DNA from: Candidatus Poribacteria bacterium
GTDB lineage: Bacteria > Poribacteria > WGA-4E > PCPOR2b
DNA length: 64,000 nucleotides
Reading direction: 5' to 3'
NCBI GenBank assembly: GCA_965215015.1
Contig: OZ244042.1
Coordinates: 1,088,001-1,152,000, forward strand
The stretch's first letter is position 1. The number at the start of each line of letters is the position of its first letter. The notes below the pieces were generated by a model. The model ran no database searches. It saw nothing but the letters and a program-made list of their open reading frames with translations, and was not told the origin of the DNA. The translations under genes were made by a program, and so were the position numbers. Of this stretch, positions 38,136 to 50,965 are shown piece after piece.

Positions 38136-39239
38136 ATGCAGTTGATATTCATAAAAGAAGATCTGTTTAGGTGTATTCAAATATTACAGGGAGTTGCCGC
38201 AGGTAGGAATACACTCCCAATATTATCGAATGTCCTAATTCGTGCAGTAGACGGGCAAATCCAAATTGCAGCAACCGATCTTGAAGTTAGCATTCAAATC
38301 GCTGCTCCCGGTACTATCATTGATGAAGGTGCCATTACGGTATCAGCAAGGAAACTTTCTGAAATTGTACGTGAACTACCAGACCAAGAAATCAGACTTT
38401 CAACAACGGCAAACGATCGAATCGAAATTGCCTGTGGGGAAGGGATGTATAAAATTATTGGGCTACCCGATGATGAGTTTCCAGAACTTCCCTCGATTAC
38501 CGGAGATTTCTTTACGATTGATGGTGAAACGCTCTGTTCTATGGTTAATAAAACAGAGTTTTCTGCTTCGACAGAGGAAACACGATACTTCTTAAATGGA
38601 CTGTATTTTGATCTGACACCTGAAATCACTCAAATCGTTGCTACCGATGGGCGGCGCCTTGCCATTGCCTCCAGTGATACGCTGACGCCCCCTCCCCAAG
38701 AACCAATGGGCGTTATCGTTCCACTCAAGGCGGTCCGGGAGATTACCAAAACCTTTGCAGAATCACCGGAGGTCAAGGTCTCTTTGATAGAAAACCAGAT
38801 TATTTTCGCCGATGATGACGCTACCTTAACCTCTCGATTGGTAGAAGGGGAATATCCCAAGTACCAACAGATTATCCCCAGCGATAACGAAATTCACCTG
38901 ACACTTAGTGTTGAAAAAACGCTAGGCGGGTTGAGACGAGTAGCACTGTTATCTAACCCCAAAACCTACTCGATTCGTTTAGATATTCAAGAGGGCAAAG
39001 CGAGGATTTCTGCCAAGACTCCCGAGCTAGGAGAGGCATATGAGACGGTAGATGTCAAAAGCGGCGACGGGGAGATTCAAATCGCATTCGATGCACGTTT
39101 CCTCATAGAAGCCGTGGGACATATTCAAACCGAAGATTTCAGTTTGGAACTCAAGGACTCCCTCAGTGCCGCGGTCTTAAAGCCTGTTGGTGAGGATGGG
39201 CATCTCTGTTTAATCATGCCGATGCGCCTAGAATCGTAA
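38136..39239 (+). CDS. dnaN: DNA polymerase III beta clamp
   Basis: LPILSN, ATDLE, ATDGRRL, EGEYPKY, LIMPMR. Confidence 0.97.
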   Translation: MQLIFIKEDLFRCIQILQGVAAGRNTLPILSNVLIRAVDGQIQIAATDLEVSIQIAAPGTIIDEGAITVSARKLSEIVRELPDQEIRLSTTANDRIEIACGEGMYKIIGLPDDEFPELPSITGDFFTIDGETLCSMVNKTEFSASTEETRYFLNGLYFDLTPEITQIVATDGRRLAIASSDTLTPPPQEPMGVIVPLKAVREITKTFAESPEVKVSLIENQIIFADDDATLTSRLVEGEYPKYQQIIPSDNEIHLTLSVEKTLGGLRRVALLSNPKTYSIRLDIQEGKARISAKTPELGEAYETVDVKSGDGEIQIAFDARFLIEAVGHIQTEDFSLELKDSLSAAVLKPVGEDGHLCLIMPMRLES

Positions 39240-39273
39240 GTAGCTGAATTTAGGTGAAGGTGCCTGGGTCAAT

Positions 39274-39323
39274 CTAGGGATTTGGTTTCCAAGCCCGAGG
39301 GGTTGGGAGCCCCGCCCCCTACG
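39274..39323. repeat. REP-like palindrome related to 13248-13295
   Basis: CTAGGGATTTGGTTTCCAAGCCCG...GGGAGCCCCGCCCCCTACG, a degenerate copy. Confidence 0.55.
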
Positions 39324-39471
39324 CATGGAGAGGCGTTGAGAAGTATACGCATCAAAACCTATTTATGACCACCCCTCAGGTAGGTTATTCCTACGATGTT
39401 ATTTCTAAGGAGGGGAGTTAGCAATTTTCGGGGTGCTATGGGCTGCCCAAATTGTTAGATAATACATCACA

Positions 39472-39505
39472 GAGCTCCCACGCTTTAGCGTAGAAGCGGT
39501 ATCAC
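39472..39505 (+). mobile_element. IS200/IS605-type right-end hairpin relic
   Basis: GAGCTCCCACGCTTTAGCGTAGAAGCGGTATCAC: hairpin with a TTTA loop ending in TCAC. Confidence 0.45.
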
Positions 39506-39592
39506 TCCGGCTTATGGATCTCATCGAAAACAATCTATAAAAGAGATGCTGCCGAATAGGTCTCCCGTCCACTCTAAAAATGCCTCACAACA

Positions 39593-40768
39593 ATGCGACT
39601 AAACCAACTTGTGTTGCGTAATTTCCGTAGCTATGCTGATTGTGAAATCAATTTCACCGATCGGGTGAACCTTATTGTTGGGGAAAATGCACAGGGGAAA
39701 ACGACGCTGTTAGAAGCAATCTATTTCCTCAGCACAGCGAAATCACACCGAACCTATCCTGATGATGAATTGATACGGCATAACGAAGACTGGTTTTACC
39801 TCAAAGGGAAGATTGTCGCTACAGATGGTTCGCATACGAAGCCAGAGCCCCACAATTTACAACCATTAAATTTGATGACGGTTGAAGTCTCAAACGAGTT
39901 GAACGGAAAGAAGCGTTTAAAGTCGAATGGGGTGCTTCAGAGAAAACTCTCTCAGTGGATTGGCCAATTCAACGTGGTTTTCTTCTCCCCTGAATCACTC
40001 ACTTTAGTCAAAGGCTCACCCGCAGATCGGCGGCGCTTTGTTGATATTTTGATTTCCCAGATCCATTCGGCTTACTTGAATGCTCTCCAAAATTACCAAT
40101 TTGCGCTCAAGCAGCGCAACGAGTTGTTGAAACAGATTCGGGCGAAACGGGCTAGCCCCGAATTCCTCGACCCATGGGATGATATACTCATTACCGAAGG
40201 GGTCTCTATTATCCAAACACGCGTGAGAATTTTTGCACAATTCAAGGCTTATATTCAAGCCAAGCACGCCGAATTGACAGGGAATCGTGAAACACTCAAA
40301 GTGAAATACCAACCTTCTCCTAAAAAAATTGAGAATCTCACGGAACAGGAAGCAGCAGAGCTATTTCGCCGCGGGCTACAATCCGATCGATCTTACGACA
40401 TCCTGCGTGGAATAACTTCATTAGGTCCACACCGGGACGATTTCAAATTGATATTGGAAACCCAGACCGACGGGAAGATGTATCTTCAGGAAGCGAAGGC
40501 TTTTGGATCTCAGGGACAACAACGAACCATCGCTTTAGCCCTTAAACTTGGGGAATTGGAATTAATACATGAAACCACAGGTAAAATTCCAATCGTTCTA
40601 CTAGATGACGTTTTCTCAGAACTGGATGAAGAACGCTCATCGTTCTTATTTGAGTTGTTAGGACGATTGAATGCACAAATATTTATCACTTCGACACGAC
40701 AAGAGACATGGGTGCCAGATCTAGGCGATTGTCGTGTGCTTACGGTGCATAATGGACAAGTCAACTGA
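39593..40768 (+). CDS. recF: DNA replication/repair protein RecF
   Basis: NFRSY, GENAQGKT, RRRFVD, GPHRDD, SQGQQR, LLDDVFSELD. Confidence 0.97.
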   Translation: MRLNQLVLRNFRSYADCEINFTDRVNLIVGENAQGKTTLLEAIYFLSTAKSHRTYPDDELIRHNEDWFYLKGKIVATDGSHTKPEPHNLQPLNLMTVEVSNELNGKKRLKSNGVLQRKLSQWIGQFNVVFFSPESLTLVKGSPADRRRFVDILISQIHSAYLNALQNYQFALKQRNELLKQIRAKRASPEFLDPWDDILITEGVSIIQTRVRIFAQFKAYIQAKHAELTGNRETLKVKYQPSPKKIENLTEQEAAELFRRGLQSDRSYDILRGITSLGPHRDDFKLILETQTDGKMYLQEAKAFGSQGQQRTIALALKLGELELIHETTGKIPIVLLDDVFSELDEERSSFLFELLGRLNAQIFITSTRQETWVPDLGDCRVLTVHNGQVN

Positions 40769-41252
40769 GAAAACTGAACGGATCGATCTGCTCCTTGACG
40801 GGCTGATTCGTGATTTCGGATTAGATCACAAGGTTCTTGAAACGAAAGTCTTTGCCGCTTGGAAAGGAGCAGTTGGGGTGCTGATTGCCCGTAACACCCA
40901 ACCAATTTCACTAATTAATGGGAAATTAACCGTTTATGCCGCTGCCCATGTCTGGGTCAACGAACTTCAGATGTTAAGGGGGCAAGTGATTCCCAAAATC
41001 AATAAAGCTGTCAGTTGCCCCGCTGTGAAAACATTGGAATTTTCCGTTAAGCCGATTCATTCGTCAACATCTCCAAAAATTCAACGTTTTCAACAGCAGA
41101 AACGTCTAAAACTAGAAAATGTTGAGTTAGATTCAGAGACATTAGAACGTATTAACCAGGCCATTGCATCGGTTGAAGATCCAGATCTGAAAGTGCGCTT
41201 AAAGCAGCTTTTTATTAAACAGAGCCAACGCGCCTTAATTGATAAAAAATAA
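40752..41252 (+). CDS. dciA: DUF721/DciA helicase-loader family protein
   Basis: Position between recF and gyrB; W..AVG..IA..T.P...G.L.V.....W..EL pattern. Confidence 0.85.
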   Translation: MDKSTEKTERIDLLLDGLIRDFGLDHKVLETKVFAAWKGAVGVLIARNTQPISLINGKLTVYAAAHVWVNELQMLRGQVIPKINKAVSCPAVKTLEFSVKPIHSSTSPKIQRFQQQKRLKLENVELDSETLERINQAIASVEDPDLKVRLKQLFIKQSQRALIDKK

Positions 41253-41488
41253 TAGAATTGGTTCATATAAAAAGAAGGTGCAAAGCATCCGCGAGTTAAC
41301 GCGAATCTACGAAAATAAAAAAGAAAGACTAAAGACGGGCAATCACAAGAGTTATCCCTACAACCCGCCCAAAACCCGAAATGTTCGGGCAGAGAGACCG
41401 CGCCCCCGATAAATCGGACTGCAAGTACCTACGATTGCTGTTGCACAATTTCTTTACATAAGCGATAGAATTTTGACGAAAGGAGTAG

Positions 41489-43948
<2,460 letters not shown>

Positions 43949-43949
43949 G

Positions 43950-44441
43950 ATGTCAATTGAGGTCGTGAACTGGCGTGACGATGGGGTGCGAATCGTCCGC
44001 AGCAATCAGCTAGATATGAATACCCCGCAGACCCCCGGCATGACCCGTGCTGCTGCTATCAATCATGCGACCGCCGGTGCTAACAAACTCTGGGCTGGCA
44101 CGGTGAATATCCAACCCAACGCCAAAACTGGCGCACACCATCATGGAGCATTAGAGAGCATTATCTATGTCGTGAATGGACGCGCCCGTATGCGGTGGGG
44201 CGAGCAGCTTGAATTTGTCGCAGAGGCGGGACCAGGCGATTTTATCTATGTGCCCCCTTTTGTGCCGCACCAAGAAATCAACGCGGGCACAAACGAACCT
44301 CTTCTCTGTGTCTTAGTGCGGAGCGATCAAGAGCCGATTGTCATCAGCTTGGATATTGAACCAGTAGAGCCACCAGAGGAAGTCTATTGGGTTGACCCGA
44401 TCCACCCTGAACCAAAGGGAATAGAAAAAGGGAATAAGTAG
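43950..44441 (+). CDS. RmlC-like cupin protein
   Basis: TGAHHHGALESIIYV and GDFIYVPPFVPHQE; ATG 1 nt after the gyrB stop. Confidence 0.88.
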   Translation: MSIEVVNWRDDGVRIVRSNQLDMNTPQTPGMTRAAAINHATAGANKLWAGTVNIQPNAKTGAHHHGALESIIYVVNGRARMRWGEQLEFVAEAGPGDFIYVPPFVPHQEINAGTNEPLLCVLVRSDQEPIVISLDIEPVEPPEEVYWVDPIHPEPKGIEKGNK

Positions 44442-44503
44442 TTACTGGTTTTTAATAAAATGCTTGGACGGAATGGGGGTAAGACGCAAAGAAAAGAAAA
44501 CGA
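44433..44503 (+). repeat. ~70-bp dispersed repeat, copy 1
   Basis: AATAAGTAGTT..TTTTAATAAAA(T/C)GCTTGGACG..TAAG.CGCAAA..AAGAAAACGA is shared with 54272-54341. Confidence 0.7.
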
Positions 44504-44875
44504 CAGAAACCGTGAATCCATGATGCGGTAAGTATTCCCTCTGGAGGTCAACGGAATCGGGACTCCCCCCGCTTGTGGTGGGACCGAGGGGGAGTAAGGG
44601 GGTGTGTCTTTGCGTTAAATTCAGAGAAAAGCCCCTATCTATTCATTGTGTAAAAAAATGATCAAGGTAAAAATCCCTAGAGAAACGTGGCACAAAATGT
44701 AGAAGTCGTTCGATATTCAATGTGTGTCATCGCCCGATTCGGGCAAGGCCGCCGTGGCCAATTGTGTAAGGGCGAGATCTCCTCGCCCAACGGGTAGGGG
44801 TTGTTAAGGGGTACACACATTATTCAGAGCACTCCTCATATACTAAACAGACCATACTAAGGAGTAAAGCATAAC

Positions 44876-47350
44876 GTGCTAATACGAAACGATGAAAATT
44901 CAAATATTGTCACGCGATATATTGAGGATGAGTTAAAAGAATCCTACCTTACCTACGCGATGAGCGTCAACACCAATCGGGCGATTCCAGACCTAAGAGA
45001 TGGATTGAAGCCCAGTACACGACGCATCCTCTATGCGATGGGAGAGATGAACCTCACCGCAGGACGTTCCTATGACAAGTGTGCGGCTGTCGTCGGTGAA
45101 GTCATGAAAAACTTCCATCCACACGGCGATGGTCCAATCTACGATACGCTGGTCGGGTTGGTTCAAGATTTCGCCATGCGCTACCCTTTGGTTGATGGAC
45201 AGGGAAATTTTGGATCGATCGATGATGACCCACCGGGGGCGATGCGCTACACAGAATGCCGTTTGATGCGGATGGCGGATGAGATGTTAGCGGACATCCA
45301 CAAAAATACCGTTGATTTCCAGCCAAATTACAAAGAATCCATGACCGAACCGACCGTGTTACCGGCACGACTACCAAACTTGCTAGTCAACGGGACTACC
45401 GGTATTGGGGTTGGATACTTGACACGAATTCCGCCGCACAACCTAGGAGAGATCGTTGATGGATTAATCCTTTTGCTGGAGAATCCGGGGGCAACGCTTG
45501 AGGACCTCAGGGAACATATCCCCGGCCCTGACTTCCCGACAGCAGGCGAGATTGTTGGACGCCCTGGTATTCGTGAGATATACGCCACAGGCAGAGGTTC
45601 AATCACCGTTCGAGGAAAAGCTGTTATTGAGCGCGCGACGGGGGGCAAAGAGCGCATCCTCATCACAGAGATTCCATACCAAGTTAAGAAAAATCAGTTA
45701 CTTCAGAAGATGTACAATCTGGTCGTCAATAAGACAATAACGGGAATCAGCGATATCCGCGATGAATCTGACCAAAACATACGGATTCTCATTGAACTCA
45801 AGCGAGGCGAAATTGCACAAGTAATTTTGAATCAGATATACAAGCATACGCAGATGCAAACCAACTACAGTGCCATTATGCTATGTCTCGTTGATGGGTT
45901 GCCCAAAGTCCTATCGCTGACAGAAATCATGCAGCACTACCTTGAACATCGTCGAGAGGTCATTCGGCGGCGGACTCAATACGATCTCGATCTTTGTGAG
46001 CGACGAGCGCATATTCTCGAAGGGTATCGCATCGCCTTAAACAACATTGAAGATGTGATCGACATCGTTCAAACCGCGGAATCTCCGGAAGATGCCCGAA
46101 ACCTGTTAATAGAGAATTATGACCTTTCCGAAATGCAGGCGAGTGAAATCTTAACCATGACGCTACGCCAATTAACCGGGTTGGAACGACAGAAAATTAA
46201 CAATGAATATACCAACCTCCTTGAACAGATTGAAGAGTTACGGGCGATTCTCGATAGTGAAAACCTCATTACAAACATTGTTAAAGAGGAATTATTAGAA
46301 CTAAAAACCAAATACGCCGACGAGCGGCGAACCCAGATAGTTGATGCAGCGGCTGAGTTTGAGATTGAAGACCTAATCGCTGATGAAGAGATGGTCGTCG
46401 CTATTTCCCACGAAGGATACATCAAGCGGGTGCCAATCACCACCTATCGGCGTCAACATCGAGGGGGGATTGGTGTGATCGGGATGCAAAACAAGGAAGG
46501 AGATTATCCCGAACATGTCTTTGTCGCATCAGCCCATCAATATATCCTTTTCTTTACTGATCGGGGCAAGTGCTATTGGCTGAAAGTCTTCGAGATTCCA
46601 GAGCGGGGTCGTACCTCAGCAGGGCAAGCAATCGTCAATCTCCTGCGGTTAGAAAGCGACGAGAAGGTTACAGCATTTGTACCGGTGCGCGAGTTTGATG
46701 AAGAACGGTTTGTTTTTATGGCAACAGAGAGGGGCATTGTCAAGAAATGCAGCCTCGAAGTCTTTAGCAGACCAAATTCTGCCGGCATTATTGCAATCAA
46801 TCTCGACGAAGGAGACAAACTCATTGGGGCGCAATTGACTGAAGGCGATCACAATATTCTCTTGGTCACACGATCTGGGGGATCTATCCGTTTCAATGAA
46901 TCAGAAGTTCGGAAACTGGGGCGGGTAGCAATGGGTGTTCGTGGAATCCGTTTGGAGAAGGACGATTTTGTTGTCGGTATGGTCGCTGCGGTTGATGAGA
47001 GGGAGACCGTGTTAATCGTGACGGAAAACGGCTATGGCAAACGTACCCTATTGGCAAATTATCGTTTGCAAGGACGCGCCGGAAAAGGTGTGATTGCGAT
47101 TAAAACAAGCACTCGCAATGGGCCCGTTGTTGCTATGAAAATGGTGTCAGACGCTGACGAACTGATTATTGTGAATTCAAACGGCATGGTGACACGCATG
47201 GCAGTCAACGATATCCGCACGATCGGGAGAAACACCCAAGGGGTGCGTTTAATGTCCTTACGTAAGGAGGAGATTGTTGTTGATGTTGGAAAAATCTCCC
47301 AAAACGGCGAGACTCAAGATGGGGACGAGCCCGAAATTGATAAAAGTTGA
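44876..47350 (+). CDS. gyrA: DNA gyrase subunit A
   Basis: DGLKP, HPHGD, DGQGNFGS, AMRYTE, GyrA-box QHRGGIG, C-terminal pinwheel repeats (GRNTQGV). Confidence 0.96.
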   Translation: MLIRNDENSNIVTRYIEDELKESYLTYAMSVNTNRAIPDLRDGLKPSTRRILYAMGEMNLTAGRSYDKCAAVVGEVMKNFHPHGDGPIYDTLVGLVQDFAMRYPLVDGQGNFGSIDDDPPGAMRYTECRLMRMADEMLADIHKNTVDFQPNYKESMTEPTVLPARLPNLLVNGTTGIGVGYLTRIPPHNLGEIVDGLILLLENPGATLEDLREHIPGPDFPTAGEIVGRPGIREIYATGRGSITVRGKAVIERATGGKERILITEIPYQVKKNQLLQKMYNLVVNKTITGISDIRDESDQNIRILIELKRGEIAQVILNQIYKHTQMQTNYSAIMLCLVDGLPKVLSLTEIMQHYLEHRREVIRRRTQYDLDLCERRAHILEGYRIALNNIEDVIDIVQTAESPEDARNLLIENYDLSEMQASEILTMTLRQLTGLERQKINNEYTNLLEQIEELRAILDSENLITNIVKEELLELKTKYADERRTQIVDAAAEFEIEDLIADEEMVVAISHEGYIKRVPITTYRRQHRGGIGVIGMQNKEGDYPEHVFVASAHQYILFFTDRGKCYWLKVFEIPERGRTSAGQAIVNLLRLESDEKVTAFVPVREFDEERFVFMATERGIVKKCSLEVFSRPNSAGIIAINLDEGDKLIGAQLTEGDHNILLVTRSGGSIRFNESEVRKLGRVAMGVRGIRLEKDDFVVGMVAAVDERETVLIVTENGYGKRTLLANYRLQGRAGKGVIAIKTSTRNGPVVAMKMVSDADELIIVNSNGMVTRMAVNDIRTIGRNTQGVRLMSLRKEEIVVDVGKISQNGETQDGDEPEIDKS

Positions 47351-47380
47351 CAAGTCACCTACAGAAAGGTCCTACTCTCT

Positions 47381-48820
47381 ATGATACGTTTATCAGTGAT
47401 ATTGCTTGCTATTCTGATAATGATGAATCTAAGTTCACGATTAAACCCTTCTGACGCGGCTGCAGCGGAATCAAGGCTAGATAACGTTCAGGTCGTTGAT
47501 AGCTCGTTACATCCCGAATATGAGCGTGCAAAGCGGGTCTATACTCACTTAATTTCCGCTACCTATCTGCGGGTAACAGCTAAATTGTTTCCTGCAAAAG
47601 AAAGGTATCGACAGATTCTACGTAAGCATGAAAACTCAGCTTTTGTCCATACCCAGCTGGCGAGCCTTAGCATGGAGATGTACGACCTCCCAACCGCAGA
47701 GCGCAGCTGTCGCAGAGCCATTGAAATTGACCCGGAAAAGCCAATGCCTTATTACCTATTAGGGCAGATTATGATTTGGCGATACGGAGGGGCAAAGAAC
47801 AAAGATAAATGGGGCGATATTATCGCGACCTTCCAAAAAGTTGTCGAACTGGATCCCAACCATTACGGATTTGAAAGAAATGGACGTCCTTTCAGCGCGT
47901 ACTACTACCTTGGAGAAATTTCAGAACAGATGGGTCACTACCAATCTGCTGCCAATGCCTTCAAAGAGCTGATTCGTATCATGCCCTATCAGCCGACATT
48001 TTACTTGCGGTTGGGCAGCCTCTATAATCAGTTGGACAATAAACAGGAAGCAATTACGACTTACGAGCGTGCAATCAAAATCAATCGCAACCTATGGCGA
48101 GCGCATGACGCACTGTGGAAATTGGGTGTTGAACAGCATTATCGGTTTTATGAAGAAAATCGACTGGAAGCTGCGGCAGAAAACCTCCGCAAGGCAATTT
48201 ATTCTTATTCTGAACTGCGACGACTTGCCCCAGCCGCTAATCACAAACACGACAATAATTTACTGACACATTTTCATGCACGTCTTGGGAGCCTTTACGT
48301 CGCCTTGGAACGGGAAAATGAGGCAATTGAAATTTTAGAAAAATCTTTAGAAACAGTGCCCGATAACCCTGATGCAAACTATTGGCTTGGAATTGCTCAC
48401 CAAGAGATTGGAAATTTTGAACAAGCGGAACATTATCTCAGAAGAACGATTGCACTCTCACCCGAACGTGAAGAGGCTTATAATGCGCTTGGCTATTTCT
48501 TTGCTGAACATGAAACAAACTTGGACGAAGCGGTAAAGCTAATCCAGAAAGCCCTGAAAAAATCGCCAGCAAATGGTGCTTATTTGGATAGCTTGGGATG
48601 GGCGTATTTCAAGCAGGGCAAGCTGAATGACGCATTGAAACAACTTGAAAAAGCGGTTCTCTATATGCCGAATAACGTAGAAGTCCAAGACCATCTTGGA
48701 GAGGTCTACTTAAAAAAAGGACGCAAGAAAGAAGCGGTTGCAGCGTGGCAAAAGGCGATTCAACTATCACCGGGTAATACCGCGATTCTGGAGAAATTGA
48801 AAAAATATGGACAAGAATGA
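47381..48820 (+). CDS. Exported TPR-repeat protein
   Basis: Signal/anchor helix; many TPRs; YNALGY...YLDSLGWAYFKQG...DHLGEVY. Confidence 0.88.
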   Translation: MIRLSVILLAILIMMNLSSRLNPSDAAAAESRLDNVQVVDSSLHPEYERAKRVYTHLISATYLRVTAKLFPAKERYRQILRKHENSAFVHTQLASLSMEMYDLPTAERSCRRAIEIDPEKPMPYYLLGQIMIWRYGGAKNKDKWGDIIATFQKVVELDPNHYGFERNGRPFSAYYYLGEISEQMGHYQSAANAFKELIRIMPYQPTFYLRLGSLYNQLDNKQEAITTYERAIKINRNLWRAHDALWKLGVEQHYRFYEENRLEAAAENLRKAIYSYSELRRLAPAANHKHDNNLLTHFHARLGSLYVALERENEAIEILEKSLETVPDNPDANYWLGIAHQEIGNFEQAEHYLRRTIALSPEREEAYNALGYFFAEHETNLDEAVKLIQKALKKSPANGAYLDSLGWAYFKQGKLNDALKQLEKAVLYMPNNVEVQDHLGEVYLKKGRKKEAVAAWQKAIQLSPGNTAILEKLKKYGQE

Positions 48821-48846
48821 ACCCCGAAAAATAAGGAAATGGAGAC

Positions 48847-50634
48847 ATGAGAAGATGGAAAGATGGCACGTTCATGAGTTCATTAGTTCATGAGTTCATT
48901 CAGGGTGTGTGGAATGGACAACCTGTTTCACGTTTTACGTTTCAAGTTTCACACATTACGTTTTACCTTCTGCTGGGAGTGTCAACCGCTCATGGTTGGA
49001 TCGATGGCACTCCCTATTTTTATGAACACTTCGGTCCTGTCCTCCAAGATACTTCTGAAGTCCCTGCTGCGCCTGCCCAACCCAACGCACCTCAACTAGT
49101 TATTGGAGAACGCAAGGATTTCTTATCGGTCAATTTCAACACCCATGAACAATATATCGTTCGATCCACATTGCGAGCGATTGGGGAATTCTGTTACATC
49201 TTCGTTGAGGATTCACAGTGGCTACGGACGGTGAATCAAGAGACGGTCAACTCGGTACGCCGTGCATTTGATGACACGACACCGGCTGACTCGAAGTGTG
49301 GAATCTATGAAGTGGAAACAGAGCTTTTTGGGATGCCTCCCGATATTGATGGAGATAAGCGAATCTATCTATTGCTATTGGACATTCGGGATAAGGGTAC
49401 AAGAGGCAGTGGTTTCATTGCAGGGTTTTTCAGTCCGGTGAATCAGCAACGTGGTGTTCTGAGACATCCGGAGATAGGTACTCTGGTCCGTAGTAATGAG
49501 CTCGATATGCTCTATCTTGATACCCAGCCGCAAGATGCGGGAAGCCAGGAGGCGCACGGGGTGCTCGCCCACGAATTTCAACATCTCATCCATTGGCGGC
49601 ATGATACAGATGAAGCGATCTGGGTCAATGAAGGCTGTGCCGAGTATGCGACGTTCATCTGTGGATACCAATTAAGAAACCACCTCTCATCGTTTCAACG
49701 GAATCCGAATATCTCGCTAGTTAATTGGCCCCAAGGAACACACAGCCAACTTGGTCACTATGGTGCAGTGTATTTATGGATGCTTTATCTTCACGAACAC
49801 TATGGTGGCTCACAAACAATCGCCACAATCGTCAAAGATCGAACAAACGGAATCGCCGGCATCAACAGTGCCTTGCGCTCCCGCGGTATCGAGAAAACCT
49901 TCTCCACTATTTATGCTGATTGGAAGGTTGCGAACTATCTGGATGATAACGAATTTGACAATGGCCAGTACGGCTACCAGAATGAACAAGTAAATCTTCG
50001 GACTCGCCGTGAGCATCATTCATACCCTGTATCCGTTGACAACAACTTACTTGCTAGCTACGCAACGGACTATATCCCCTTCTACTCCGATACCAAAAAT
50101 GGCAATCTCAGTCTCACCTTTCAGGGTGATAATCGTCAACCTTATGATGTCAAAGCAATTGAGTTCCGAGGCGGGCAGCCGACAGTGGTCCACGATATGT
50201 CGCTGACTGACATGGGGACAGGGAGTTTGATTATCCAAAATTTTGGACTGAGTGCCGAGAAAGTCACTCTCATCCCAAGTGTGCAACCCGAACGCGAGTT
50301 ACCAGAGCGCAGCGCATCATTTTACACTTATAGCGCACAGCAGATTGTTGAAAAGGTAGAATTTAACGCAATAGTTTTGCCCAATCCCGTCCATCCAAGA
50401 TATTGGGACCTCATCGCTGTCCCAAGCCATCCGATTAGCGCAATTCCGCCACAGATTTCGGTGGTGCAAGGGGCAAAATCCATTATATCAGCAACCCCAA
50501 TGAAAGCGATGCAGGATGGTGCCATTTATACATATTCGCTTTATCTTGCCCCGGGGGTCATCCCTGAAAGCGTCCGATGGGAGATTTCTTTCCTAGGGGA
50601 ACCGGTTGGCTCCGGTGAACTGGAAAAGAAATAA
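48847..50634 (+). CDS. Secreted zinc metallopeptidase (M30/immune-inhibitor-A-like)
   Basis: PDIDGD.RIYLL, AGFF, AHEFQHLIH (HExxH), WVNEGCAE, HYGAVYLW. Start uncertain. Confidence 0.85.
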   Translation: MRRWKDGTFMSSLVHEFIQGVWNGQPVSRFTFQVSHITFYLLLGVSTAHGWIDGTPYFYEHFGPVLQDTSEVPAAPAQPNAPQLVIGERKDFLSVNFNTHEQYIVRSTLRAIGEFCYIFVEDSQWLRTVNQETVNSVRRAFDDTTPADSKCGIYEVETELFGMPPDIDGDKRIYLLLLDIRDKGTRGSGFIAGFFSPVNQQRGVLRHPEIGTLVRSNELDMLYLDTQPQDAGSQEAHGVLAHEFQHLIHWRHDTDEAIWVNEGCAEYATFICGYQLRNHLSSFQRNPNISLVNWPQGTHSQLGHYGAVYLWMLYLHEHYGGSQTIATIVKDRTNGIAGINSALRSRGIEKTFSTIYADWKVANYLDDNEFDNGQYGYQNEQVNLRTRREHHSYPVSVDNNLLASYATDYIPFYSDTKNGNLSLTFQGDNRQPYDVKAIEFRGGQPTVVHDMSLTDMGTGSLIIQNFGLSAEKVTLIPSVQPERELPERSASFYTYSAQQIVEKVEFNAIVLPNPVHPRYWDLIAVPSHPISAIPPQISVVQGAKSIISATPMKAMQDGAIYTYSLYLAPGVIPESVRWEISFLGEPVGSGELEKK

Positions 50635-50654
50635 ATTCATTGTGAGGGGGCGAA

Positions 50655-50795
50655 GTTGAAGACTTAAAAATCAAGAACATGGTGCAGGACCATCACCTCG
50701 CCAAGAGCATATCTAATGCTGCATAAGGAACTTTCGGTTAATTCTTCAGAGCAAAGCTGCAAACGCTGGCTTGGTGTTGACGAAAGTTGACTCTG
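50655..50795 (+). pseudogene. tnpB: tnpB (IS200/IS605 RNA-guided nuclease) internal fragment
   Basis: Hand translation VEDLKIKNMVQDHHLAKSISNAA*GTFG/ILQSKAANAGLVLTKVD is the RuvC-II region, with a stop and a frameshift. Confidence 0.8.
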
Positions 50796-50799
50796 AAGA

Positions 50800-50879
50800 G
50801 TCCTGGCTCAATTCGCCAGAAACTATAGCGCGACGGTATTGGTATTTAGACAGAAGCGCGAAACCAAGTAAGACCCGTT
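50800..50879 (+). repeat. 80-bp dispersed direct repeat, copy 1
   Basis: 77 of 80 positions identical to 54611-54690 by manual alignment. Confidence 0.9.
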
Positions 50880-50965
50880 CAGGGCCGGGTAACTGATGGC
50901 TGATGAAGCCCATAATGTTTTATCATTAATTTTACGCATCACGTTTTAGTTTTAAGGAGGTCAAT

